From Octopus sinensis (lineage: Eukaryota): a stretch of DNA of 64,000 nucleotides. The stretch is from assembly GCF_006345805.1 (NCBI RefSeq), contig NC_043001.1:32798001-32862000 (forward strand), given 5' to 3'. The position numbers and the translations under genes were made by a program. Positions 14,092-26,720 of this stretch are shown here, one piece after another (within the stretch, counting starts at the first letter, position 1; every line of letters starts with the position of its first letter). Under the pieces are notes generated by a model. The model made no database searches. It saw only the letters and a program-made list of their open reading frames with translations, and was not told the origin of the DNA.

Positions 14092-14420
14092 ATGATGATG
14101 ATAATGATGATTAAGAGGAGGATTGCATTAACGTTGGTGACGATGATGATCATGAAATGTTAAAGGTGGAAGATAGGAGACGACAACGACGATATCGATG
14201 CGACAATGATGATGATGATGATGATGCTGATGACGATGATGACGGTGACGACAACGATGATTACTACGGTGACGGAGGATGACGTTAACGGCGGCGACGA
14301 TGACGACTATGAAAAGAAGTGGAAGGTAGAGGAGAGGAGAGGAGACGACGACGACGATGAGGACGCGACAACGTCAAGGACGACGACGACGTGATGACGA
14401 TAGTAATGATGATGGCGTTA
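13903..14420. repeat. (GAT)n/(GGT)n/(GAC)n low-complexity tract
   Basis: Direct reading. Confidence 0.9.
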
Positions 14421-14541
14421 GTGACAACGGCAATGACGGTCATGAGAAGGCGTAAAAGCTGGAGGAGAAGTGAATAACACTTCTTTCTGCTATAGGCACA
14501 AAAACTGAAATTTCGAGAGAGAGAGATGGGTAGTCTATTTC

Positions 14542-14770
14542 ACCGGAAACACTGTTAGAATGGAACTTATTTTATTGGCCCTAAAAGGAAGAAAGGCAAA
14601 CTCAATGTCGGTTGCATATGAGCTCAGAACGTAAAGCTGGAAGCGATGCTGCAAAGCATTTTCTCGGGTGCTGTAACAATTCTGATGGCTCACCGCCTTT
14701 AGGAAATGAATGATAATCTTTTCTACTCTAGGTACAAGGCCCGATATTTTGAGGAGAGGGGACAAGTCGA
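14542..14770 (-). mobile_element. SINE family 1 (tail B), diverged
   Basis: Homology to other copies. Confidence 0.7.
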
Positions 14771-14789
14771 TTGTGCAGTTCATTTTCGC

Positions 14790-15838
14790 ATAATCCTTCT
14801 TCATGTCCTTTTTGTACTTCCTTTGTTTTTCCTTTTTTCTCTCCTCTCAATACTCCCTCGGGCCTAACTGTCACTAGCGAGGTTTCCTTACTTTGGGCTA
14901 GGTATCTCATTAAGCTCTCGAGTTCTATACGCACGCAACCTTCCACACTTATCAATCCCCTTCATCTATTTGCTCTCTTTATGTATAGGCGATCAGTGTC
15001 TGCATGTGGGTGATGGGCCCCATGCATCGTTAGGAGCTTTCCTTACTTTCTGTCCATCTTCAGGATTCCAATGTCATACCGAACTACTGCAACTGCGTGC
15101 GAGAGTTTATTACCGAAATTATGTTTCTGGCATTCAGCTTTGAATCCATTATTTTACTCACTCGCCGCAGGTACTCTCTTTTTGTCTTTTCCTTAATGTG
15201 GTGTTTGATTCCATCTACCTCAAGTTTTCCCAGGATTACTTATAGTTGGACTGAGGTTGAATTGCCTTCATCATTTCACCACTTGGCAATCATTTGCCTT
15301 CTGTACTGGCAAGCTTTGATCGTCTCATCACTATCGTAGCACATTTTGAGACTCCAAACTCCATCTTAATATCATTGGAGAAAATCCGCACAGACTGGAC
15401 TAGGCTGTCCAGTTCTACCTCAGTTTCTGTGAAAACCTTCAGGTCGTCCATGAATAACAAGTGGTTCTGTTTCTCCCTATCTCTTCCCAGATCATACCCC
15501 AACTTTGTTTTCGTAGGGGATCATTTCCAGCACAAATATCAGTGGGAACACACTTTCCCCTTGGAAAATTCATTTCTTGATTTTTCACCTCTCCTAGTAC
15601 TCTCTGCTGTCAATTCTGTTCTCCAGAATTTCATGCTGTTCCATACAGGGCTTCTCATATTTTCTGCTACTCCATAAAATTCATTGTTCTTATCCAGGAG
15701 TGTGGCATTATATCGTATGCTTTGCGATAGACAACCCATGCCATGCTCAGGTTTGTATATATTCCCTTGCAGTTCCTGATAATTAGATTATCAATTAAGA
15801 GTTGATCCTTCGTTCCCCGGCTCCTTTTTCGGCACCCA
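14790..15838 (-). mobile_element. Decayed non-LTR retrotransposon RT fragment, R4/Dong-like (RLE) type
   Basis: Translated motifs [63 protein letters not shown]; stops, frameshifts and an internal deletion. Confidence 0.85.
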
Positions 15839-15872
15839 TTATTCATCAACATCATCATCATCATCATCATCA

Positions 15873-15928
<56 letters not shown>

Positions 15929-17143
15929 TTGTTATAGGGACATCAGCTGACGGGTTCATTACAAAGACAGTTTACAATTTGCATGAATAGAGTAATCTTT
16001 ATTTAAAGCACATCGAAGAGAGATACTTATATTCGTTCTTCTGTAGGAACAAGGAGAGCCCTTTTAGAGTGATAATTCTCAAATAAGTTACTTTACTTCT
16101 CTCTTGCATTTGCGTGATGACTTCAGGCAAAGATGCGCTTGTTTACGTTGCTTATTGCTGCCAAACACTCTTTTCCTTCATGTAAATATCTAAACGTTGC
16201 CAGCTGCATGCATCATGGCTAAACGCCAAAGTTGAATTCGCGTTCCATTACTCCTTTACTGATATTAAAATTTCCATAATTTTTTTTTTGTTTTGGAAAA
16301 TGTATAAATTATTATTGTTAGTGCGGTTGGAACTGCTGCTTTTGATGATGCTACAATTATTATTATTTCTCTGAAAGATACTGTTGCTATTGTTGTTCAT
16401 GTTGTTATCATGTTTGTAGGGTCGGAAATCATCCGAGTCTTGTTTCTGTCGCACTCTACCTTGAGCAGAAAGCAATTTAGTAATTACACATGTATAGCAC
16501 CTGAATTTTCTCTTCCATTAGTATAAACTGTTGTGTACTGTTTCTTAGCTTGACCAGATCTGGAATGCTTTCTAATATTTTCATAATTCGTTTAGATCAA
16601 TATCTTTATTCCAGTCCCAATTCTAGATCTTCTTTAGTAGTTCGTACACATTGCTCTTATATCTTGCTCGTTTGTTTACAAAAACCGATTCCACCAGCTA
16701 ATCACTGTCTAAGTTTTCACTGTCATACCCTACTCCCATCCTTATGTTTACAACTCAGATAGGAAACTAACTTCCATCATTCCATAACGGTTGCTGCTTG
16801 TTATGAACGTTTCCTGCAACCGCATTCCCTTCAGGCGTTTAGCCGCATGAAATTGTTTCTATCCTTCTATGCATCGAAACGTTACAGTAAATCTCTTAGT
16901 AGGTAACAAACAGCTTAGTTCGGAAGGCTAAGGCAGCCTATCGCGTTTCTGTTCGTATGGGATTTCTGACTTCTCTATACTTTCTTTTACTCGTAACTCT
17001 AACTGTTTTTACTACACTAAAAGATACATCCATAGCAGTCACTTTTGATTCTGTTATTGCTTCTATTGTTAATGGTACCAAGTGCTCCTGTGGAAGCGGT
17101 GGTGGAAGTGGTGCTTGTTGTTACGGATTTCAAACAATTTCTT

Positions 17144-17312
17144 CAAAAGATAATACTCATAGGAACTGCCCATATCCTACGCAAAATATTTTCTATGTAA
17201 TCTCAAGTTTTAAAACAAACAATTTTCTTAAGGTTTCTTACACATTCTCTAGAACAACACTAAGTACAAAACCAAACATATGGCACCCTAGGCATAACAC
17301 CAACAACAATTG
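17144..17312 (+). mobile_element. 3' end of an RLE-type LINE ORF plus 3' UTR
   Basis: 17144-17200 encodes QKIILIGTAHILRKIFSM*, typical C-terminus of this RT family. Confidence 0.65.
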
Positions 17313-17439
17313 CCTTGATGCAGTACCAGGCAGTGACTCTCGTGATTTCTGATCTTATGTTATTGGAAGTGTACATTGTTTTGTCTTTGTATAAAAGATG
17401 GGCTACAGCAAATATTCTGCTCAATACCACAGATTTGCT

Positions 17440-17868
17440 TGTCAGTTGCTTGACCTTCACCAGTTGATCATGTCCCTTAGTGGCTGACAAAAAGTGCATC
17501 TCTGATCACGAGCAGAAGTAGTTAGGGAGCATCAGAGCCGTGTGTTGAAAGGAATCTTTTGGGGCTTGGATAATTCACCTGAAGAAACATGGCTGCTTTG
17601 TTCATCATCCTTAAAAATCCCTTAGTCAGGTACCTTTTGGGCGGGAAGGGTTACTCGACTTGAAGAAAGTTCTAACTAGACTCCACCTGCAAGGTCATGT
17701 GCTGTTTATCTTGATATGAGATCACTATGTCGAGCACATATGTTTGTGATGCATGTACCTGGTGCATTCTTATCAGACATGTCATGAGGTGTAGACTGGA
17801 TTCCTATATTTTACCCCAGTGTCACTTTGATGCCATGCGTTGCTCTCTCGCTCAATGATAATAACATA
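17440..17868 (+). repeat. Unclassified interspersed repeat ending in a short AAT-rich tail
   Basis: GC-richer island with retroposon-like tail; classification not determinable by eye. Confidence 0.4.
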
Positions 17869-18711
17869 TAAAATACTTCTTAACGCTGAATTACGACGAT
17901 GGGCATTAAATAATAGCGGATCTCATAATTAGGGGCCACTTCAAAATTTTTAAAACGCCTTTTTTGCCCTAAGAATATCTCAAATAATAATAACAATTTA
18001 AAACTTTCACGTTTTCATCGAATATATTTTATCCTCAGTAACTATGCTTGTTTCTTTGCATATATATTAATATTTGCACGAGTACTCGTCATTAGTACAT
18101 CATGAGCGTTACGCAGTTATTTATGCAAGAAATTTGACTAATTTATTATAAGAATCAATTTATTCACATCGCAAGGCTGGCACCCGTAAACATTGTTAGC
18201 GCATGCACATGCAGCATCTTTTAAAAACTTGAATATTTTTGTTAAACTTCTGTGTTATTGTTAACCCTGAGTATCACAGAACTGAACCTAGACCCCCTAT
18301 TTCATTCTTCATAGATTTACTATCTATACTACGGTGGCAACCTCCTTTAGTAGTTAATAGTCTCAATAAACTCTGTCAGTATTTTCTGAAGTGTTCATTG
18401 GCTGCTTTGTTGAAACAGGAATATTAATTGTGGCATTTTCATAAAAAGTAAACACTTCCTTTTCAGTTTCGCTTTAAATATTTCTGTCTTGAAATATTTG
18501 GTCTTAGACAACTGAAGAGCTAAATTAAAGACTAGAAGACAGTTTTACATTTTTGAATACTTATACATTATCACAGTATATTTAGACACGATTTATCAAC
18601 TATACACATATACACATATATGCATATATGCATATATATGTAGTGTTTGCATTGCGTTAGCGTGTGAATGCTGTTATATATACAGACATACATGCATACA
18701 TACATATACAT

Positions 18712-18783
<72 letters not shown>

Positions 18784-18843
18784 CATACATACATACACAT
18801 ACATATGTGTGTGTGCACATATATATATATGTGTGTGTGTGTG

Positions 18844-18876
<33 letters not shown>

Positions 18877-20528
18877 TAAGTGCACACGCACATGCACACA
18901 CATTTATGTATATGTACACATAGGCATATACTTATATATTTATGTATACTAACATGAATACTTGTACATATAAGAACCCGCTGAAATGTACACAAACGTA
19001 CGTTTACACACACCAACGCTTACACACATATACATAACATACACACTCACGCAGAAACATATAAGTGCAAATTCACATGCACACTGCTGAATGCTTGCGC
19101 TCACACAAATACACGAAATATTTCATTAAAAGTGCTGAGGAAAGTTTGTTTATGAAAAAGTCAATAAATGCTTTAAGTTGTCGTTAAGAAAATCATAAGA
19201 CGAGAGCTAAGCTATTCATACGTTTGGCTTACGTCACTGAAGCGAAACGAACTCACATAAAAAAAGATGAAAACAAAATAAAGAACAAAAGCTGATAAAA
19301 AGAAAATTAAATAGGCATCATAACTAGAACATGAATAAAAACATACCTGGCTTTATACCAAGCCTTGATGAAAGAAATGATAACGCGACTAAAATGGAGG
19401 AAAATTAAGTACAATGTCACAGCAAAGCAACCCAAGAAAAAATGGCTACCATCCAGTTTTCGACTAAAGAAATACCTTATCTATGATAGGGCAGTGAAGG
19501 AGCCTACATGTCCTCGCTCGACCAGCACCCTGTTCTTCTTCAACTTGCACTCTACTGCCGTACACATAAAAAACACAATGACAATATTAGTTAATACGGT
19601 TATAGATGTATCATAAGCAGAGACCCGCACCGATTTCAGCACTGACTAGCTATGGGTTTTATTGATAGCTCAGGTAAAATCTATACCGGATTACTGCTAG
19701 TACGGAGCAGGCGCTGTCTACTGCTGCTGCTGCTGATGATGATGATGATGATAATGAGGAGGAGGAAGGGTAGAGGAATTGATTTTTTATTCACTATAAA
19801 AGTTACACACAGAGGGGATACACAAGGGGTCAGGGGAGGATTCGTCAACGAAAGATAAACGGTATTTTCATAAATTTATAAATAAAATTTCTCTAATTCC
19901 CTTTTTCTCCCCTCACTCCTTAACCTTTTTCTATCTGTCTCTCTCCCCTCTTTTTCTTTTCTCTCTCTCTCTCGTTGCTCACACGTGACCATCGTCCATC
20001 TTTCTTTTCCTCACGTGACCATCTTTCTTTTCCGGCAAGGTATTCAAAAGAGCCGGCGTGTTTTTGTCTCTCGCTCCCCCTCTCTCTCTCTTTCTTCCAT
20101 CTTTTCTCTTTTCAAAAAGATGTTTCTCCCAGCATTCACTATTTTCCTTTCGTTCTGGTCAAACGACCCTTCATGTTTGTTTTCGCTTGGTTTCCTTGTA
20201 TGCCTCCACTCTCATATTTTTGTTCCCATCTTTGACCCCCCCCCATAAATCCTGAATTTTATTTTAGAATTTATGGGAGCAACTGTCTTTGAAAACTCAT
20301 ATTGTAGAATGCTCCAAATGAGGAGTAAATAAACAGTCGATCACTGATGAAGTCCTTTCCCTGTGTTTACTTCTTCTGTTTTCCATTTTTTCTCGTTGTT
20401 TACATATTTCATGTTATTTGTACCGTTCGTGATGTCCTGTACCCATATATGCATGTATACACACAGACACACAGACACACACAGAGAAATACACATACAC
20501 ACATACACACACACACATACACACACAC

Positions 20529-20563
<35 letters not shown>

Positions 20564-20584
20564 TTATAACATTTCAAAATGTAA

Positions 20585-20735
20585 CCACATGTCAATCGTT
20601 GGCGACTTTCTTCCTCCGTCTTCCTTTCTATGTGAAGAAAAACGTTGCTCGAAACGTTAAACCACCTTTCTTTCCTTACTTGAGCATCTGCTAACACTTT
20701 ACATGTACCACGTCCTCGCGTTGTTGTTTATTTTA
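20585..20735 (+). repeat. Short interspersed repeat family D with decayed hammerhead motif
   Basis: Homologous to 56476-56690 (minus); retains CTCGAAACGTTAAAC but the core is broken (TATG-TGAAGA); (TA)n on both sides. Confidence 0.6.
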
Positions 20736-20762
20736 CTTTTGGGGGATTTGCTATTATGTATG

Positions 20763-20795
<33 letters not shown>

Positions 20796-22201
20796 TACAA
20801 TTTGGATTCATCAAAAATATTTCTCTTTTTATATAAAATGTAAAAAGTGAAACAGTTTTGATTAACCTATTTTTGAGAATAGTTTTCTTACTGAAGCAAG
20901 TAGATAAGTTTTAATTCTAAAATAATGGTTTACATAAAAGGCACTTGGGCACAAACACTTATTGAATGGCTAGATGCACTTCCAATAACTTTTCAATGAC
21001 TTTTCAAAAACAAGGCTAACAATTTCTTCACAGAAACAAAATGAACGCTTATAAGTCTCTAAATTAATACGTAACAATCCATTTTTTTTTTTTCAGTAAC
21101 CTACTTGTCTATTCATTTCAAGCAAGGAAATAATAAACGTTAATCGTTTTCAAATTGAATTTTAAACCCTACGAAACTACACGTAAAATACATTAGAGTT
21201 TGGACACAAATGATATTAACTTATACAAAATAAAATTAACAAGGATGAATATACAGAATAAAGCGCTAGAAATACATACCGAAACATTGAAACAGAAAAT
21301 GAAAGAAATAAGAACTAATATTAGTTTTACATACGTTTGATTAAACTGCATTACATGGTTCGTAGAATTTTATGGTGGCAGAGGAAGACGCTTCCGCTTG
21401 CAGGTGGCAGCAGCTTATTGATGCATGTCATTACTGTAAACGACAGGGTCTAGTTGTATTATTATATATCACAGTGGTGCTATTTAATAGCAGACTGTAT
21501 ATGCTCTACACATACATCCATTTGCAATACTGTTTCACCAGCGAAAAAAGAACAGACATATGTATATATGCGCACGCACACACACACACACGCACACACA
21601 CACACATACACACACACACACTTACATATTATCTTATAATTCTGCTTGTCATTACCTTATTTAGCCCGTCGGTAACGCTTTCACAAGATTAGAGAAAAAG
21701 AGGGACAAAACAAAGTAGGAAGAGAGAAAAAAGAGGATGAGGGAAGCGTCCATGACGTGAGGTAGAGGGACGTAATTTTAACGTTTTCACGTGGTTAGCT
21801 GAAGGGAAAGAGAGAACAAGAGAAGGGAAAAGGAGAGAGAAAAAGAGGATAAGGCGAAGAATGAGGCAGAAAGAGAGAGAAAGAAAAAGACAGAGGGAAG
21901 CGGTCATGATATGTGGTAAGGGGAACGTAATATTTATTACATGGGTAAAGAAGTTAGTTGAAAGTATTGATATAAGGAGAGTAAGAATATAATTTTAGCA
22001 GAGCGGTGATGTTCTGATGGTGAGATTAAAGAAAGGCAGATAGAGAGAGAGAAATGATGATGATGATGGTGGTTGTGGTGGTGGTGGTGGTGGCGGCGGC
22101 AGCGGCGTCGGCGCTGGTGGTGGTGGAGGTGATGACTGTTAGTAGTTAAAAGTAATTAAAAAAAAATTAACTAAGTTTTTATATCACCTATCCGTTAATG
22201 C

Positions 22202-22492
22202 ATGAGCATCCCAAACTTGCCATTCACTTTAGAAAGAGACCAGTTTCCCGTTCGCCTGTCACACACAATGACTATCAATAAATCACAAGGGCAGACATTT
22301 GATAAATTAGGGCTGTTCCTACCTGAACCTGTTTTCGGCCATGGTCACCTATATGTTGTATTGTCAAGGGCTCACAAATTATTTGATGTGCGAGTTATCA
22401 ACACTGACAAACGAGGGAAAAGAAGAAGGAGAACTTACATGAAGTACATAATCTGCAAAGAAGTACTGGATCGGAAGGTGTACGCAAATTGA
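22202..22492 (+). mobile_element. Helitron PIF1-like helicase C-terminal fragment
   Basis: QFPVRLSHTMTINKSQGQTFDKLGLFLPEPVFGHGHLYVVLSR = superfamily 1B helicase motifs V-VI. Confidence 0.85.
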
Positions 22493-22689
22493 AATATGTA
22501 TTGGCTCTGATCCATCGCTTTAGCTTATAAGTTACCAACGGTGTCGTTTTCGGAGTATGCCATGTTGCATTAAATCTTTATCTCCGTGAAATTGTGGCCC
22601 CTATATTTACAAATAAAATAACTTCTTTTTACTATAAAATTGTTGTCTTATAGATATGTATCTGTGACCATTTTCTCTTTCTCTCTCTC

Positions 22690-22897
22690 CTTTTCTTCTT
22701 TCAATCATTTGACTGCGACCATGCTGGAGCACCGCCTTTAGCCAATCGGCCCCAGGAATTATTCTTTGGAGGCCTAGTATTTATTCTATCAGTCTCTTTT
22801 GCCCAACCGCTAAGTTACGGAGACGTAAACACACAACCATTGGTTGTCAAACGATGTTGGGGGGAGGGAACAAACACAGACGCAAAAACATACACAC

Positions 22898-22928
<31 letters not shown>

Positions 22929-22985
22929 CACACATATATACATCGGGTTTCTTAAACGAGCTACTTACCACACAGCCGCTCCTGC
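22690..22985 (-). mobile_element. SINE family 2, internally deleted
   Basis: Reverse-complement homology to the 11769 copy. Confidence 0.75.
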
Positions 22986-23914
22986 GCCTGTAAATTTTAA
23001 AATGTAATTTTTGTCTATTTATGGGGGGAAATGGTAAAATAAGAGTAAATAATTTAATTTATGAGTGCAGTGTATTAAGTCTATAAAATTGTGCAAAAGG
23101 TATATAATGTAAATAAATAAAATGCATTAGTAATCATCGTATTCCAATTTCCTTCACTTTTCAATGAATAGCAGATGGGCGACTATCTTTTGATACAGAC
23201 GCAACGATAGGTTTACAATTAATTCCGTGACGTAATCACGGATCCCAGTTGTTGTTGTTTAAGACAAGTAAATCACATAAATACAGGTTTGTATCCCATT
23301 GCGTTAATAACATTTAATTTCTTAGAGTATCGTGCTTTAATTATGCACCACACGCTATCACAAATAACGATTTATAATACGTCGAATCAAAGACTACCTG
23401 TCTAATAAAATGTTTTATCTACTTATAACTTTATCTAGTTATTGCTTATTGTAAAATATATCTCACCTGTTCTCTTCCGTAATTTACACCTCTTAAGTTA
23501 TTTTACCATATGATTATTATTTTTGTCCTCAGTTCTTCGGGTAAGAGGAAGATTTTTTTTTTTTTTATATTTTAAGTATGAAAATTATGGCTAAGAATCA
23601 AATGGTTATTGATTCATAGATTAGGTGCACTTCCAATTTGGCCAATTACCACGAAGGAACAAATTAGGTCATCTTGTTAAAACATACAACAATGAAAATG
23701 TATTCCGAGTTAAGCAATGCATATTTAAAGGGACTGCTTCTAGGATGCCTCGTACCTGGTTTCAGCGATTGATAAAATGGCAGTTTGCCGATGTTTACTG
23801 TTGCAACTTAGAAAAACAATTTTCATTTATGTTTTCTTTGGCTATCCTTATGATCGTCCTCTTTGCATGTGGAAATACTCACGCATCCACACACAAATAT
23901 CTATAAAAGTATAT

Positions 23915-24045
23915 ATATTTGGGTGAAAGCACCAAATGACCCGTCCTTGTTTTCTTTGTATCGTCTATCTGGATCTTTTGTTGTCCCTTTTTTGTATCAC
24001 CTTACTGTCTGGATGTTTTGCGTTCTTGTCGCATATTGTATGTAT
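23915..24045 (+). repeat. Interspersed repeat family E (second copy at 55175-55298, minus)
   Basis: Shared GACCC(G/C)TCCTTGTT...CGTCTATCTGGAT...GGATGTTTT(G/A)CGTTCTTGTC; both copies abut (TA)n. Confidence 0.6.
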
Positions 24046-24046
24046 A

Positions 24047-24723
24047 TATATATGAAAGAAGGTTTGAAAATGCAATTTTGAAAGATGTTTATTTACTTTA
24101 CCGGTTTCACTTTTTTAGAAAAGGATTAACAAAAGTAACATGTAAAAGCTTGGTTGTGTTAGGTACTGGTTGTCACGAAATATTACAATATATATATATA
24201 TACATTCTTTGATAATAATAAGAACATGTTAAAAACAGTTTACAAGAGAAAATCTTGGGAAAATATAAAAAAGTTTAACAAGTTCATTAAAATATTGGGC
24301 ACAAAAGATTACAATATATATATATACATTTTTAAGAAAATGTTAAAAAAAGAACTATTAAAAAGTTCAGAGGAATATTGGTATTGTATCTGTATATATA
24401 TACACAGAAAATCATAAGTTCAAAAAGGTTGCATTTTAGTAGTAGGGTAGATTTAACTGACCTGATTCACTATATTATCGTAAAAAACTTGTTAAACTTG
24501 TTTATATTTTCCCAAGATTTTCCCTTGTAAACTGTTTTTAACATATTCTTATTATTATCAAAGAATGTATATATATATATATTGTAATATTTCGTGACAA
24601 CCAGTACGTAACACAACCAAGCTTTTACATGCTACTTTTGACAATCTTTTTCTAAAAAAGTGAAACCGGTCAAGTAAATAAACATCTTTTAAAATTGCAT
24701 TTTCAAACCTTCTTTCATATATA
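24047..24723. repeat. Long inverted repeat (foldback): arms 24047-24284 and 24486-24723
   Basis: Arms are reverse complements with scattered mismatches; ~200-bp AT-rich loop. Confidence 0.9.
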
Positions 24724-24761
24724 ATTCCACTCGTGCGGTACCTTACAACTCCACTTTGTTA

Positions 24762-24845
<84 letters not shown>

Positions 24846-25911
24846 CATACATACATACATACATACATACAAACATACATACATACATACATACATACAT
24901 ACATACATACATACATACATACATACATACATACATACATACGCACATAAGACGGAATGCCTCATATTTTGTATCCACCAATTTGAATTACAGTTTCACT
25001 TAAAAGGCATTGGTTGACCAGAAGCTATAACTCAAGTCACCTGTCCCAGATACCTCGCAGTCAAATAAGATTAGAGGCCATGAGGTTATGATATAAAGAT
25101 CTTAACCCTTGTACTTATAATGATCAAAACATTTCCCAATTTGTCAGTAACTCACACATTAACTATTTTCTTGTTCACATTATTGACGAATTGCGTGACT
25201 CGATGTTTAACTGTAACTGATTTATCTACATATCAATAATTTGGATTTATATTTAGAAATCAAAACTTAAAGTTGTGGTGCATTTCATATTGTTAAAAAT
25301 TGCTTCGTCATCAAACGACTTGCTATAGTCAATTCTGTGAATGCATATTTAATATATGGAATGTTAAAGAGCTTATGTACTATCAAATGCGCAGTGCAGC
25401 AAAAATTATATTCGGCCATTATTGATATTTTTATTTTCGCTTGCCCAACAAAAATTCTGGGCATTTTTTAGAGTTGCTGAGTTTCTTAAGTAAAAGAATA
25501 GTCTCGCAGAAAATTACAGATGTAATAACGAACGCAGAATAATGTTTATTTGTTTGTACAGAAAAAAAATAATATTTTTACTAAATAATTTATACCGACA
25601 ATTCAGCGTTATATGAATGAAGTAAAGTATAAGGTAGACGGTAGAATTCGTAGTTAATGATGGTTTCAGAATATTTACATGTGAAAGCAGCAGATATATA
25701 TTTTTTTATGCATATATATACGTACAAACACACATATATATCTTCTTTATTCGTTTCCGTTATAGGACAGCAGCCATGCTGGGGCACCTCCTTGAAGCAG
25801 ATATATACACTTGTATGCATATATATATACGCATTCCTACTGATATCTTATACAATTTATAAATGTTATATCTTTTCTATAGGTACTTTATCATTTTATT
25901 TTGCCCTCTGC

Positions 25912-26470
25912 TTCATAGGTAGGACGATCTTATGCTGGCATTTACTTCACCAGCTCTGTCCCCTTTAGAACCACGGAAAGGGTTTTCTTAAGTCTTCTAC
26001 AAGCAAGACTGTGGCACCTCCTATGTGCTTGGTGTTGTGTCTCAGTCCTGAATGGTCATGTCCAAAGCTTCAAAGGAAACCTTATGGCTCATTGTCGCTT
26101 CATCCCAGATGGTCAACCTGTATTCGCCCAGAAGTTTGCTTTTATAGAATCACGACTGCTACTGAACTTTGCCTTCTCTTTCTTGGACAGGTCCAAAGTG
26201 AGTTTGAAACAGGAATGAGCTGTGTGGTCACCACTTAGTAGAGTTGCAGCTATTCCACTTGACGCCGATGCTATGGCGATGTGTTTCATTTGGCGCAGTT
26301 TAGCCAAAAGAAAGTTGATAACAAATGTTTTGCCAGTTCCAGCCGGAGCATCCAGAACCCTTCTTTCATTTTCAATGCTCGAAATAATGGTGTTATAAAC
26401 ACCCAGTTGGTCCTTCGTCAGTTTGTGTTCTTTATCAGCAATATATGCCGTCATTTCCTCGATGTCAGCT
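25912..26470 (-). mobile_element. Helitron PIF1-like helicase N-terminal fragment (pseudogenised)
   Basis: LDAPAGTGKTF (Walker A), ASASSGIAATLL, HTAHSCFKL, frameshifted GTRAGEVNASIRSSYL. Confidence 0.85.
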
Positions 26471-26514
26471 TTTAAGCTTATGGGGGAGAAGAACTAGACA
26501 GCATTTGGACATAT

Positions 26515-26570
26515 GTATATATATATATATATATAATATATATATATATATATAATATATATATTATATA

Positions 26571-26666
<96 letters not shown>

Positions 26667-26720
26667 CATATATATACATACATATATATATACACACATA
26701 TATATATATATATACATAAA
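26515..26720. repeat. (TA)n microsatellite
   Basis: Direct reading. Confidence 0.95.

Noticed and set aside
16957-17352. 131-aa ORF with N-terminal hydrophobic stretch
   Set aside because: Its 3' half overlaps a LINE 3' end in another frame; no independent support
19128-19172. CTGAGGA...GAAAAAGTC hammerhead-like spacing
   Set aside because: Helices I-III do not pair convincingly
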